From Clostridia bacterium (GTDB taxonomy: Bacteria; Bacillota; Clostridia; TANB77; CAG-508), in assembly GCA_017511265.1 (NCBI GenBank), contig JAFWKV010000029.1:547-64546 (forward strand): 64,000 bases of DNA, written 5' to 3'. Of this stretch, positions 20,060-29,681 are shown piece after piece. Position 1 is the first letter of the stretch; every line of letters begins with the position of its first letter. Below the pieces are notes generated by a model. It made no database searches, had not been told where the DNA came from, and saw only the letters and a list, made by a program, of their open reading frames with translations. Both the position numbers and the translations under genes were made by a program.

Positions 20060-21831
20060 CTCTCAAAGTCTACTTGTCTTAATTCCTTACTTGCGTTAAT
20101 AACACGAACTTTCATCTTATCACCAATTTTAAAAGTTATTTTGGTTTTTTCTCCAATTAAAATTTTTCTATTCTCATCATATTCAAAATACTCATCACCT
20201 AAATTTTCAAATCTAACTAATCCTTCTACTGTATTTTCTAGCTCAACAAACACGCCAAACTGTGTTACTGAAGAAATAATTCCATCATATTCTTCTCCAA
20301 TTTTATTTAGCATATACTCCGCTTTTTTTAGTTTGTCAGCATCTCTTTCAGCTTTAGTTGCAATCTTTTCCCTTTCAGATGATTGTGCAGCCCTTTTTTC
20401 TGCTTGTTCAAAATGTTCTTCTAAATAATTTTCGCTAACGTCGTAATTTTCTTCTAAGTATTTAGAAATAATTCTGTGTATAAAGAGGTCTGGATATCTT
20501 CTTATTGGTGATGTAAAATGACAATAATATTTTCCTGCTATTCCAAAATGTCCTTTATTCTCAGCTTCATACCTCGCTACCTTCATCGTCCTTAGCACTA
20601 GTGTTGATATAACTCTTTCTTCTTCTTTTCCTTTTACTTCTTCTAATATTTTTGCAAATTCTTTTGGGTAAACTTTATCTTGTGTTATTTTTACTTTTAG
20701 CCCAAAATTAAATAAAAATTTATTAAGCTCTTTAACTTTATCTATATCTGGATCTTCGTGTACTCTATATATAAATGGCGCTTCTAACCAATAAAACTTT
20801 TCTGCTATTGTTTCATTTGCTATTAGCATAAATTGTTCTATTATTTCATTTGCAAATGATGTTTCATATTTATGCACATCTATTGCTTTTCCTTCAATAT
20901 CTAATATAATTTCACTCTCTGGAATATCTAGATTTAAATATCCATTTTCAGCTCTCTTATTTTTTAATATTTTTGCTAATTCTTCCATTAGTTTGAAGTC
21001 TTTTATATAGTCTTTGTATTTTTCAAGAATTTGTTTGTCTGAACCATCTATAATTTTTTGCACATCGTGGTAATTCATTCTTTTGCTAACATTTATAATT
21101 CCTTTGTACACATCTGAATTTACAACATTTCCATTTTTGTCAATTTCCATCGTGCAACTTAAAGTAAATCTATCTTCTCCTGCGTTTAAGCTACATATTC
21201 CATTTGACAGTTCTCGTGGTAGCATTGGTATTACTCTACCTAGCATATACACACTTGTCCCTCTAAGTAGTGCTTCTTGGTCTAACAAGCTATTTTCTTT
21301 CACATAGTAACTTACATCTGCTATATGCACATCTAAAATGTAATTTCCATTTTCTGATTTTGTGACTCTAACAGCATCATCTAGATCTTTTGCATCCTCT
21401 CCATCTATTGTAAAAATTACGTCTTCTCTTTTGTCTTTTCTGTATGGAATATCTTTTTTGTCTGTTTTTCTCGATACCCTTTTTGCTTCTTGAATAACAT
21501 TTTTAGGGAACTCTGATGGCAAGCCATATTCTTTTATTATTGAAAGCATATCCACTCCTGCTTGATTTATGCCTCCTATTACTTCTATTATTCTACCTTC
21601 AGCTTTTTTTCCTTTTTTAGGAAGCTTTGTAATTTTTACTACTACTTTATGATTGTGCCTTGCTTTTCCAAACCCACTTTTGGGAATAAATATGTCTGTT
21701 CCTAAACTTTTATCATCAGGAATTACAAAGCCAAAACTTTTGTTGTACTGAAATGTACCAACCACAGTATCTGAGCTTAATCCTTTTTCACTTCTTTTAT
21801 TTATGCTTTCTTCAAAATCTTTATTTATCAT
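20053..21831 (-). CDS. rnr: Ribonuclease R (short form without the N-terminal HTH region)
   Basis: 592 aa with cold-shock-like domains, an RNB catalytic domain (IDGEDAKDLDDAV, FTSPIRRYPD) and a C-terminal S1 domain. Confidence 0.92.
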   Translation of the reverse strand: MINKDFEESINKRSEKGLSSDTVVGTFQYNKSFGFVIPDDKSLGTDIFIPKSGFGKARHNHKVVVKITKLPKKGKKAEGRIIEVIGGINQAGVDMLSIIKEYGLPSEFPKNVIQEAKRVSRKTDKKDIPYRKDKREDVIFTIDGEDAKDLDDAVRVTKSENGNYILDVHIADVSYYVKENSLLDQEALLRGTSVYMLGRVIPMLPRELSNGICSLNAGEDRFTLSCTMEIDKNGNVVNSDVYKGIINVSKRMNYHDVQKIIDGSDKQILEKYKDYIKDFKLMEELAKILKNKRAENGYLNLDIPESEIILDIEGKAIDVHKYETSFANEIIEQFMLIANETIAEKFYWLEAPFIYRVHEDPDIDKVKELNKFLFNFGLKVKITQDKVYPKEFAKILEEVKGKEEERVISTLVLRTMKVARYEAENKGHFGIAGKYYCHFTSPIRRYPDLFIHRIISKYLEENYDVSENYLEEHFEQAEKRAAQSSEREKIATKAERDADKLKKAEYMLNKIGEEYDGIISSVTQFGVFVELENTVEGLVRFENLGDEYFEYDENRKILIGEKTKITFKIGDKMKVRVINASKELRQVDFERK

Positions 21832-21860
21832 TTTTTTCCTTTCTTTTTTTTAATTGAAAA

Positions 21861-21885
21861 AGAACGCATTTTTTAACGCGTTCAA
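21861..21885 (-). terminator. Putative rho-independent terminator after secG
   Basis: On the minus strand, GAACGCGTTAAAAAATGCGTTC is followed by TTTTTC. The stem is short. Confidence 0.45.
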
Positions 21886-21890
21886 TAATT

Positions 21891-22139
21891 TTACATTACA
21901 TATACTGTTCCAAGTGCAATTGTTAAAACTACAAATGCCACTCCTAATATTATAGTCCATTTTGTCATACGACCTTCTTTGGTTCTTCCTTTATTTTGCT
22001 CATAAAAGTTGTCTGACCCTGCACCTGTAATTGTAGATGATAAACCTTCATCTCCTTTTGATTGCTTTAATGTTAGTATTATTAGTACTAAACATATTAT
22101 AAAATAGACTATTGATAAAATTATTTTTACTACGCTCAC
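21891..22139 (-). CDS. secG: Preprotein translocase subunit SecG
   Basis: 82 aa with two TM helices and a G-rich loop (ITGAGSDNFY). GTG start 8 nt after AGGAGG. Confidence 0.8.
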   Translation of the reverse strand: MSVVKIILSIVYFIICLVLIILTLKQSKGDEGLSSTITGAGSDNFYEQNKGRTKEGRMTKWTIILGVAFVVLTIALGTVYVM

Positions 22140-22262
22140 TTATTATTCCTCCTAACGGTCATTGTTATTCTTGTACCAAAATATTGTAACATATAGTTTT
22201 AGAAAAATCAATTGTTTTGATAAATTTTTTATTCATCTTCGTTATATAAGCTATTTTATTTA

Positions 22263-22289
22263 AACTTTTTGGACCTGTCCCTAAAAGTT
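22263..22289. repeat. Degenerate GGGACGG-type hairpin (loop AGGGACAGGTCCA on the minus strand)
   Basis: In AACTTTTTGGACCTGTCCCTAAAAGTT, the stem is AACTTTT/AAAAGTT. It abuts the stop codon of the 234-aa membrane protein gene. Confidence 0.5.
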
Positions 22290-22993
22290 CATAAAAAAAT
22301 AAGCGTAGTAACTTGAAACACAATTGCTAAAACAATTACTTTCATAAAATTTCCTAGCATTAAACTAAAGTTATATCCCTTTATTCCCATATTATTAATT
22401 TGCTCAAAGCCGTCAACTATTTTTTCTATTTCTTCGTCAGTACTCATATTAGCCTTTTGCATATAATCTTTAGCCAAAAATTTTGCCTTAATCATAGCAT
22501 CATTTTCAAGATAAGCTCTAACAACAAATTGCACAAAGCCTAGTAAAATGTACATACTTAAAATCAATATTTTATCTGGCAGAAGTTTAAATATAGAAAG
22601 TATAATAGCAATTACAAAATACAAGTTGCACATATTAGTAAATATAAAATTAAACAGTATTATTCTTTTATCTTGAACTGAATGAATACACTCATGCGCA
22701 ATTGTTTGAATACGTATAAAATTTGTTTGACTACCTGCAATTATTATTTTATCTGTAATTGCAATATATACACAATCTTTTGCTTCTTTGTCTTCTTCAA
22801 TTTTTACAGATTCATTATTAAGCAGTTTTAAAATATCCTTGCAAATTTCTAAATTTGAAGGATATTTTTCAGCTAATTTATTTAATTCTTTATTCTCAGC
22901 AATTTGTTTTGAAACTTTTGGATTAAGTTTAAATATTATTGCAAGTAAAACTATTAAAGCAAAACAAATTGCTATTATACAAATAAAATTCAT
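22289..22993 (-). CDS. Polytopic membrane protein with an HExxH motif (putative zinc metallopeptidase)
   Basis: 234 aa. N-terminal TM segment, HECIH motif, and two or three further TM helices. Confidence 0.45.
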   Translation of the reverse strand: MNFICIIAICFALIVLLAIIFKLNPKVSKQIAENKELNKLAEKYPSNLEICKDILKLLNNESVKIEEDKEAKDCVYIAITDKIIIAGSQTNFIRIQTIAHECIHSVQDKRIILFNFIFTNMCNLYFVIAIILSIFKLLPDKILILSMYILLGFVQFVVRAYLENDAMIKAKFLAKDYMQKANMSTDEEIEKIVDGFEQINNMGIKGYNFSLMLGNFMKVIVLAIVFQVTTLIFL

Positions 22994-23001
22994 ATTTACT
23001 C

Positions 23002-23337
23002 CTATTTTATTACATCTTCAACAGCTTCACTAATTATTTTATTAACATCTGCAAGCATTACATTAAATTTTAACTCTGCATCAAAAAAGCTTTTTACTTC
23101 TCCAATTTCAATTAGCTCTGCATATAATTCTTGTACTTTTTTTAGTTTTTCTTCATCTTCTTTTCCTGTTTGCATAGCACTTATTTGAGCTTCATATCTC
23201 ATTTTTTGAAAGTCCATAATTTTTTCTTTTAAATCTGGCTTTAAGTCAATAAATTCTTTAGCTTTTTTATATGTCATATATTCTTCAGATGTTTTAATTT
23301 CTTGTGCTAATCTATTAGCTGTATCATATACATTCAT
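23002..23337 (-). CDS. YlbF/YmcA-family (UPF0342) regulatory protein
   Basis: 111 aa helical protein. The pattern N-terminal YD.A..LA..I..SEEY..YK.A matches the YlbF family. Confidence 0.65.
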   Translation of the reverse strand: MNVYDTANRLAQEIKTSEEYMTYKKAKEFIDLKPDLKEKIMDFQKMRYEAQISAMQTGKEDEEKLKKVQELYAELIEIGEVKSFFDAELKFNVMLADVNKIISEAVEDVIK

Positions 23338-23352
23338 TTAAAATCCTCCATT

Positions 23353-24645
23353 TTATGCATAACTTTCGCGTTTTCTAAATGGTAATAAATTAATAATATC
23401 ATTATTTGTATTTCTCGTTCTTTTATTCTTTTGAGCGCGTTCTTGTTCAATTTGTCTTTTTTGCTTTTCAGCCATTGATTGACAAATTGCTTTTTGATAT
23501 GTAAAATGTGTGTCTTGTGCAATTTTATTCCAATTGTAATTATTTCTAACTTTATTTTTTGCTTTTTTTACAACATTTGCACATAGTTGCTCATCATATA
23601 AAAGTTCTAGAACAGAATCTGCTATTGAATTACAGTTACCTGCATAGCTCTTCATTCCATTAACTCTATGATCTACTATTTCGTCTAATCCACCAATATC
23701 TGAAACTACAACTGGATTTTCTGAAAGCATTGCCTCTAATGCAACAATTCCAAATGGTTCATAAGTACTTGGAAATACTGATATATCAGCAGCTTTATAC
23801 ATCTTTTTCAAGTCATCTCCACCTAAGTATCCTGCAAAGCATACTTTATTTCCTAATCCTAAATTATTTGCTTGTTCTTTTAGTTCGTCAAGCATTCCTC
23901 CTTTTCCTGCAATTACTAATTTTGCATCATTATATCCTTGCAGAATTTTTGGCATTGCTGAAATTAAATGTTGCACACCCTTTTCATATACCAATCTTCC
24001 AACATAAAGTATTATTTTTTCATTGTCCATTGCATATTTTCTTCTAAAATTATAATCTCTATCTATTCCACTAAATAATGTTGTGTTTACTCCATTAGGT
24101 ACGACATTTATTTTTTCATATGGTAAGCCAAACAGCCTCTGAAGCTCGTTTTTCATGTAATTGCTGTTTACTATTACTTCTGCTGCTTCATAAGTTAAAA
24201 GCCATTCTGTATCATTAAGATATTTTTGTAAATCATTGTGTATTCCACCATTTCTTCCTGCTTCTGTTGCATGAATTGTGGCAACTATTGGTAAATCATA
24301 GGAATTTTTTAATGTTTTTGCTGCATATGCTACCAACCAATCATGTGCATGTATAACATCAAAATTTCCTTTTTCAACTATTATTTGATTCGCTTTTGCT
24401 ATCATATTAAAGTTCATTTGCATAACCCAATCTATTAGGGTATTTGCATTTATCATGTAGTTATTTACTCTGTATACTTCTACTCCTCTGTCATTCTCGT
24501 ATTCCAGACTGTTTCCCTCATTATATGTTATAACAGTTACTTCATGTCCATCTTTTATTAGCCTGTGTGATAAATCATGTACAACTCTTGCTACCCCTCC
24601 TACTACTCTTGGTGGGTACTCCCATGTTAACATTAATATCCTCAA
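23353..24645 (-). CDS. GT4 family glycosyltransferase (glycogen-synthase-like fold)
   Basis: 430 aa with MRILMLTWEYPPRVVGG at the N-terminus and the C-terminal GT-B motif EPFGIVALEAM. Confidence 0.8.
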   Translation of the reverse strand: MRILMLTWEYPPRVVGGVARVVHDLSHRLIKDGHEVTVITYNEGNSLEYENDRGVEVYRVNNYMINANTLIDWVMQMNFNMIAKANQIIVEKGNFDVIHAHDWLVAYAAKTLKNSYDLPIVATIHATEAGRNGGIHNDLQKYLNDTEWLLTYEAAEVIVNSNYMKNELQRLFGLPYEKINVVPNGVNTTLFSGIDRDYNFRRKYAMDNEKIILYVGRLVYEKGVQHLISAMPKILQGYNDAKLVIAGKGGMLDELKEQANNLGLGNKVCFAGYLGGDDLKKMYKAADISVFPSTYEPFGIVALEAMLSENPVVVSDIGGLDEIVDHRVNGMKSYAGNCNSIADSVLELLYDEQLCANVVKKAKNKVRNNYNWNKIAQDTHFTYQKAICQSMAEKQKRQIEQERAQKNKRTRNTNNDIINLLPFRKRESYA

Positions 24646-24743
24646 CTTTATGGCCCCTTTCTTTTGTTAAAATTTCTCACAGCTATTTTATACAAAAAAT
24701 CGACAAATGTAAATGGTTTTTTTACAATTTTTTTATTTTTTTT

Positions 24744-24764
24744 CTCCGTCCCAAAAAACAGCAC
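24744..24764. repeat. Solo half-copy of the A-type GGGACGG module
   Basis: CTCCGTCCCAAAAAACAGCAC abuts the holA stop codon. Confidence 0.7.
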
Positions 24765-25786
24765 TATGAGCAATACGCGCACAAAATTGACTCCAGCCCA
24801 ACCTGGACATCAATAAGCCCAATCTTATACTTATAATCCAAATCAATTAGCTCCATAATAATTGTATGTAACTCATTAAGTTTAAAATAGCCTGCTTGAG
24901 TTTTATACTTATTAGCTAAAAAAGTTTGATTTGGCTTTAGTTCAAGACTAGGAATAATGTCTTTATTACTATTAACTGCAATTTTTGTTAAATACAATCT
25001 TTTAAAATGGTTATACAAAGTAATAAGAATTTTTTGCACAGGCTCTTTAGCATAAATTAAATTATGCAAAACCTCCAAAGCCTTAGCAACATTTTTTTTG
25101 CCTAAATTATCAGTCATTTCAAATACAATACTTTCTATTTTTTTTATAGCAAGTTTATCAATATCTTCTCTAGTTATTGTGCCACCTTCTCCAGCATATT
25201 CTATTAGTTTTCTAATTTCGTTTATTAGTTCTTGCATATTTGTGCCACAGCATTCGATAAAATATTGTATTGTTGCATTATCAATATTGACTTTATAACC
25301 ATTGCAGATTGTTTTTATTCTTTTTTGTATTTGTGCAGGTTTTTGAAATTCAAATTTACATACTACTCCCTCTTTGTCTATAGTTGAATATAAATTGCTT
25401 TTACCCGCTTCTTCTTCAATAAATACAAGAATAACTGATTCTTTTATAATATCAATATTTTCTTCTATGTAATCATTCAGCTTGTCTCTAAAATTAGTTA
25501 TACTTTCTTTTTGTTTTTTTGCACCTGTTTTAAATAAGCCCGTATTTCTAGCAATTATAAGTTTTTTTTCATAACCAAAAGCAGGTGTTTGAATGTCTGA
25601 AATAATATTTTCAATAGTATCTTCATCAATATTAATATAATTAATTCCTGCAACAATTTCTCCAAAGTGTTTTTTTATTTTTTTTACATTGCTGTCTATT
25701 AAAAAAGTTTCCTCACCAAAAAGAAGGTATATGCTTGCTAAATTTCCACCTTTTAGTTCCTTTTCTAGTTCTTCTATTTTTAGCAT
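24764..25786 (-). CDS. holA: DNA polymerase III subunit delta
   Basis: 340 aa. The size and N-terminal pattern (IYLLFGEETFLID...) fit HolA. Confidence 0.8.
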   Translation of the reverse strand: MLKIEELEKELKGGNLASIYLLFGEETFLIDSNVKKIKKHFGEIVAGINYINIDEDTIENIISDIQTPAFGYEKKLIIARNTGLFKTGAKKQKESITNFRDKLNDYIEENIDIIKESVILVFIEEEAGKSNLYSTIDKEGVVCKFEFQKPAQIQKRIKTICNGYKVNIDNATIQYFIECCGTNMQELINEIRKLIEYAGEGGTITREDIDKLAIKKIESIVFEMTDNLGKKNVAKALEVLHNLIYAKEPVQKILITLYNHFKRLYLTKIAVNSNKDIIPSLELKPNQTFLANKYKTQAGYFKLNELHTIIMELIDLDYKYKIGLIDVQVGLESILCAYCS

Positions 25787-25802
25787 ATATACCCTCTCCT
25801 TT

Positions 25803-27857
25803 TTATTTACCTAATATAATTCTAAATACCTCAGCAACACTCCAGCCCTGTGCTATTGCACCTTTTGGAAGATTTGGTCTTTTTGAATCATATAATTCTG
25901 AGATGTTACCAACACACCCTTCTTCTCTTAAACTTTTTTCAAATGTTTTATGAACCTTTTCTCTAAATTCTTGTAATTTACTTTCCAATTCTTCTTTTTT
26001 CTTCTTACCTTTTTGTGCATTAATCATGTTTTTTAATGAGTCATAATATAACCCAAGTAGCCATGGCCAAGTAATTCCTTGATGATAGCTCATATCTCTT
26101 CTAAAGCCATCACCCTCATATACATCAACATAGTCTTTTTCTCCTTTTGCCAAGGTTTTTAAGCCATAATTGTTTAATAATTTTTTTGTAACTGTGTTCA
26201 GAATATTTTCTGCAATTTCTGAATTTGGCTCTATTACCGGATATGTAAGGCTAAGTGCAAATAACTGATTTGGACGAATTTTATTGTCACCAAGCACATC
26301 AAATAAGCACTTTCTTCTAGCATTATAGAATTTTTCGTTAAATGAATTTTTACATTTTTTTGCTAATTCTTTGTATTTTTGGGCTTTTGCTTTGGTTTCA
26401 AATTTTTCAGTTAAATCTGCCATAATCATTAATGCATTATACCACATTGCATTTATTTCTACTGCTTTTCCATTTCGTGGAGTAAATGCAAAGTTTCCGT
26501 ATTTAGCATCCATCCACGTATTTTGCGTATATTCAGTACCTGATACTATTAGGTTATCTGTGTCTAAATAAATATTATTGTCATCTATATCTATCCCTTT
26601 TTTATAGTTTTCAATAATTGATTTTAAATTCTCATATATTTTTTTCTCTACGAATTCGTAATCTTCAGTATAGTCTAAAAATTTTCTAGTTTCTTCAAAT
26701 AGCAATAATGATGCATCTACGCTGTTATACAAAGGTCTGTTGTCATAACCTGAATAACCATTTGGAACTAATCCTTGTTTTATGTCTCTAACATAAGTTA
26801 ATAGTAAGTCTTTTGCAATTTCAAATCTTTTAGTTACTAAAAGTAAGCCCTCGAAGGCTATTAAGCTATCACGTCCCCAATCTAAAAACCATGGATAACC
26901 AGCAATCAATGTATATAGCCTAAAGCTTGGTCTATACACAACAAAGTTATCTGTTGCAAGTATAAATTCTTTTATTAATTTTTCAAAATCTTGCTCTTTT
27001 TTATTCTTCTTTTCTTTATTTTCTTCTATTAATGATGAATTTTTTACTATTTTGTTTATTCTTCTTTTTTCAGCTTCTATTACTTTTTTTACATCTATTT
27101 TTGATATTGCTTCTAAAGAGCACTTAAATGAAATTTCTTTTTCTTCATTTGGCTTTATATCTATTTGGAATACACCAGTAACACAGTGATTTTCTTCTGG
27201 GAAGAATCCACGCTTTTCTTCTTCAACATAAAACATATTGTAAAATATATCATTATCGTGTTTTTGGTAAATTCCATCTGACATACTCATATATACTGGT
27301 GTCATACCATTTCCGTCTATTACTAATTTTACTTCTGCCTTATTTACTTCTTGCCTTATGTCAAATATATGATTTGTATTCATTGTATGAAAATCTCTAT
27401 AATTTATAATTGGTGCTATATTTAGTCTAGCTTTTTGGCTACCATTTTTTATTTTATAATACACTCCAACTGTGTTTTTACCATACTCCATACAAATTGT
27501 TTTTGTGATTTCTATATCATTTATTTTATATTTAAATGTAGGTACATAGTCTTTTATAAAGCTTGTTTGATATTTAAATCCTTGTGATATGTAGTTTTTA
27601 CATACATTTGTATATAAGTCAAATTTTTCGCCTTCGATTTCAATACTTTCATCTAATTTTGAAAGTATTAAAAATCTTCTTGCTGGTGGTGTAAATGGTG
27701 CAACTAGTAAGCCGTGATATTTTCTTGTGTTTGCTCCTATTATGCTAGAGCTTGCATATCCACCTATTCCATTTGTTATAAGCCATTCTTTTGTTAGTCC
27801 TTCTTCTAATGTTAATTGTTTTTCTTTAAATTCCATTTGTTTCTCCTTTAAATTCAT
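25803..27857 (-). CDS. Glycogen debranching enzyme (amylo-alpha-1,6-glucosidase, GDE N+C domains)
   Basis: 684 aa with WLITNGIGGYASSS, the N-terminal motif RKYHGLL, and a C-terminal (alpha/alpha)6 region (GYPWFLDWGRDS, WMDA). Confidence 0.85.
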   Translation of the reverse strand: MNLKEKQMEFKEKQLTLEEGLTKEWLITNGIGGYASSSIIGANTRKYHGLLVAPFTPPARRFLILSKLDESIEIEGEKFDLYTNVCKNYISQGFKYQTSFIKDYVPTFKYKINDIEITKTICMEYGKNTVGVYYKIKNGSQKARLNIAPIINYRDFHTMNTNHIFDIRQEVNKAEVKLVIDGNGMTPVYMSMSDGIYQKHDNDIFYNMFYVEEEKRGFFPEENHCVTGVFQIDIKPNEEKEISFKCSLEAISKIDVKKVIEAEKRRINKIVKNSSLIEENKEKKNKKEQDFEKLIKEFILATDNFVVYRPSFRLYTLIAGYPWFLDWGRDSLIAFEGLLLVTKRFEIAKDLLLTYVRDIKQGLVPNGYSGYDNRPLYNSVDASLLLFEETRKFLDYTEDYEFVEKKIYENLKSIIENYKKGIDIDDNNIYLDTDNLIVSGTEYTQNTWMDAKYGNFAFTPRNGKAVEINAMWYNALMIMADLTEKFETKAKAQKYKELAKKCKNSFNEKFYNARRKCLFDVLGDNKIRPNQLFALSLTYPVIEPNSEIAENILNTVTKKLLNNYGLKTLAKGEKDYVDVYEGDGFRRDMSYHQGITWPWLLGLYYDSLKNMINAQKGKKKKEELESKLQEFREKVHKTFEKSLREEGCVGNISELYDSKRPNLPKGAIAQGWSVAEVFRIILGK

Positions 27858-27863
27858 CTTATG

Positions 27864-29567
27864 TTATTTACTAAGTTTACTATTTTTTAGTGTTCTTTCC
27901 ATCTCAGCTTTTAAGTCTTCTCTTGTTTTTCTTCTTTTAGAATTATGGCTAGTATTTTTTATTTTTGTATTATTTTCTATTGTATCATCAGGTATAAGTC
28001 TATTTCTTACAGTACCCTCATTTTTTTCGCTGTGTCTTTTGGTTGATGTCTTCTTTTTAGCTTGTCTCTTTTTTCTGCTTGCTAAATTGTCTGATTCTCT
28101 AATTGATGCAATCCTTTCACTGTATTTATTGCTAAATTTGCTCTTTCCTTTTGTTTTTGTCTTGTCTTTATTGTTATTTCTTTTGCTGGCTTTTGCTGTT
28201 GCTCTTTTCTTTCTATTTATTTCTTTATCTGCTTTTAATTTTGTATTCATCATTAAATATTCTGGGTCGTTTTGTTTGTCTTGATAACGTAGGTCGTCGC
28301 AAATTAGCTCTATAATTGATGATGCAACAAGTCCTGAATCGTGTCTAACATATTCACCATTTATAACTGACAAGTTTCTTTTAAGGAATTTTATCTTTTT
28401 GAATTTGTTTTTTGCTACATCAATATCTTGTTCTACAAGGTCTGCACCTTCTTTATTATATTTTTTTATGAATTCTGGAATAACTTCTCCTGTATCGTAA
28501 ATACAATAGTCAATTAACCCTTCTCCGCAATGTTCATAAATTGCATTTATATGGTCTGATATTGTGTATTCATCTGTTTGGCCTGGTACTGTCATTATAC
28601 TGCTTACATATATTTTCATAGCTTTACTTTCTTTTATTGCTTTTGCTACACCACTTATAAGTAGATTTGGTATAATATTTGTATACAAGCTTCCTGGTCC
28701 TATTATTATGCTATCTGCATTTTTTATTGCTTCTATTACTCCTGGTGCTGGTCTACAGTTTGATGGTGATAGGTATACTCTGTTGATTTTTGTTAATTTG
28801 TCAAATACTACTTCCGGAATTCTTTCTTTTTCTTTTACAACATAACCATTTGCAAGCTCTGCACATATTGTCATTTCGTCTAGTGTTACTGGCATCACTT
28901 TACCTATCATATTTATTATTTCATTGGTTTTCTTTACTGATTCTGTAAAGTCTCCATTGATATTTCTCATTGTTGAAAAATATATGTCTGCAAATGATAG
29001 TCCAGCTAGTCTTCCTGCATTGCTGAATTTGTAGTTAAATAGCCTTCTTGTTTCTTGTTCATTTTGTGATAGTGCTATTACACTATTTGTTATGTCTTCT
29101 GTTGGCAATATTTGTAGTTCTTTTTGGAAGGCTGTTTGTCCTTTCCCATAGTCTGATACGGTTACTATTGCAGTTAAATTGCTCGTGTATTTTTTCATTC
29201 CTGAAAGGATTGTGTCTAAACCTGACCCACCTCCTATTACTACCACATTTGGTCCTTTGTCATATATGGTTTTGTTGAATATTAGTGAGTTTACATTTAC
29301 ATTGTCTTTCCCTTCTGTCATTCGGTCATCTGTGTTTTCTATTAATACCTCTAGCGTTCTCTTATTTATGAATATTAGGCCTATTACTATACACATAAAG
29401 CCTACTACAAATATTGCTGCAATTAGTGCTATTCTTTTGAAGGATATTTCTTGTAGCACTATTATTTGTGCCATTCCTTGGCATACAAACATTATTCCTA
29501 CTAGGATTAAAAACATCCATCTTTTCATTTTTGTGCTTGATTTGAACCAATGAATAATTCCGTTCAT
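27864..29567 (-). CDS. YvcK/CofD-family gluconeogenesis-factor-like protein with added N-terminal TM helices and a ~150-aa Lys/Arg-rich tail
   Basis: The core VVVIGGGSGL...IIIGPGSLYTNIIPNLL is typical of YvcK. The start is taken at ATG 29567 (AAGGAGAG 8 nt upstream); the ORF-track extension to 29651 runs through a repeat. Confidence 0.8.
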   Translation of the reverse strand: MNGIIHWFKSSTKMKRWMFLILVGIMFVCQGMAQIIVLQEISFKRIALIAAIFVVGFMCIVIGLIFINKRTLEVLIENTDDRMTEGKDNVNVNSLIFNKTIYDKGPNVVVIGGGSGLDTILSGMKKYTSNLTAIVTVSDYGKGQTAFQKELQILPTEDITNSVIALSQNEQETRRLFNYKFSNAGRLAGLSFADIYFSTMRNINGDFTESVKKTNEIINMIGKVMPVTLDEMTICAELANGYVVKEKERIPEVVFDKLTKINRVYLSPSNCRPAPGVIEAIKNADSIIIGPGSLYTNIIPNLLISGVAKAIKESKAMKIYVSSIMTVPGQTDEYTISDHINAIYEHCGEGLIDYCIYDTGEVIPEFIKKYNKEGADLVEQDIDVAKNKFKKIKFLKRNLSVINGEYVRHDSGLVASSIIELICDDLRYQDKQNDPEYLMMNTKLKADKEINRKKRATAKASKRNNNKDKTKTKGKSKFSNKYSERIASIRESDNLASRKKRQAKKKTSTKRHSEKNEGTVRNRLIPDDTIENNTKIKNTSHNSKRRKTREDLKAEMERTLKNSKLSK

Positions 29568-29612
29568 TGTTATTTCTCTCCTTTTTTCTGCAATTCTCGT
29601 TTTAATTGGATG

Positions 29613-29657
29613 CTTTGAGTGATGCTTTGGGGACGGAGGAAAAAGTATCACTCAAAG
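29613..29657. repeat. GGGACGG-loop hairpin with a third stem type
   Basis: In CTTTGAGTGATGCTTTGGGGACGGAGGAAAAAGTATCACTCAAAG, ~16-bp stems flank the GGGGACGGAGG loop. It lies between the murB stop and the yvcK-like RBS. Confidence 0.85.
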
Positions 29658-29681
29658 CCACACTTGACTTGTGAATTGCAA

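Noticed and set aside
23334-23522. A 62-aa ORF overlaps the 3' end of the glycosyltransferase gene.
   Set aside because: It is an out-of-frame overlap within a well-supported 430-aa GT4 gene, with no independent translation signals.
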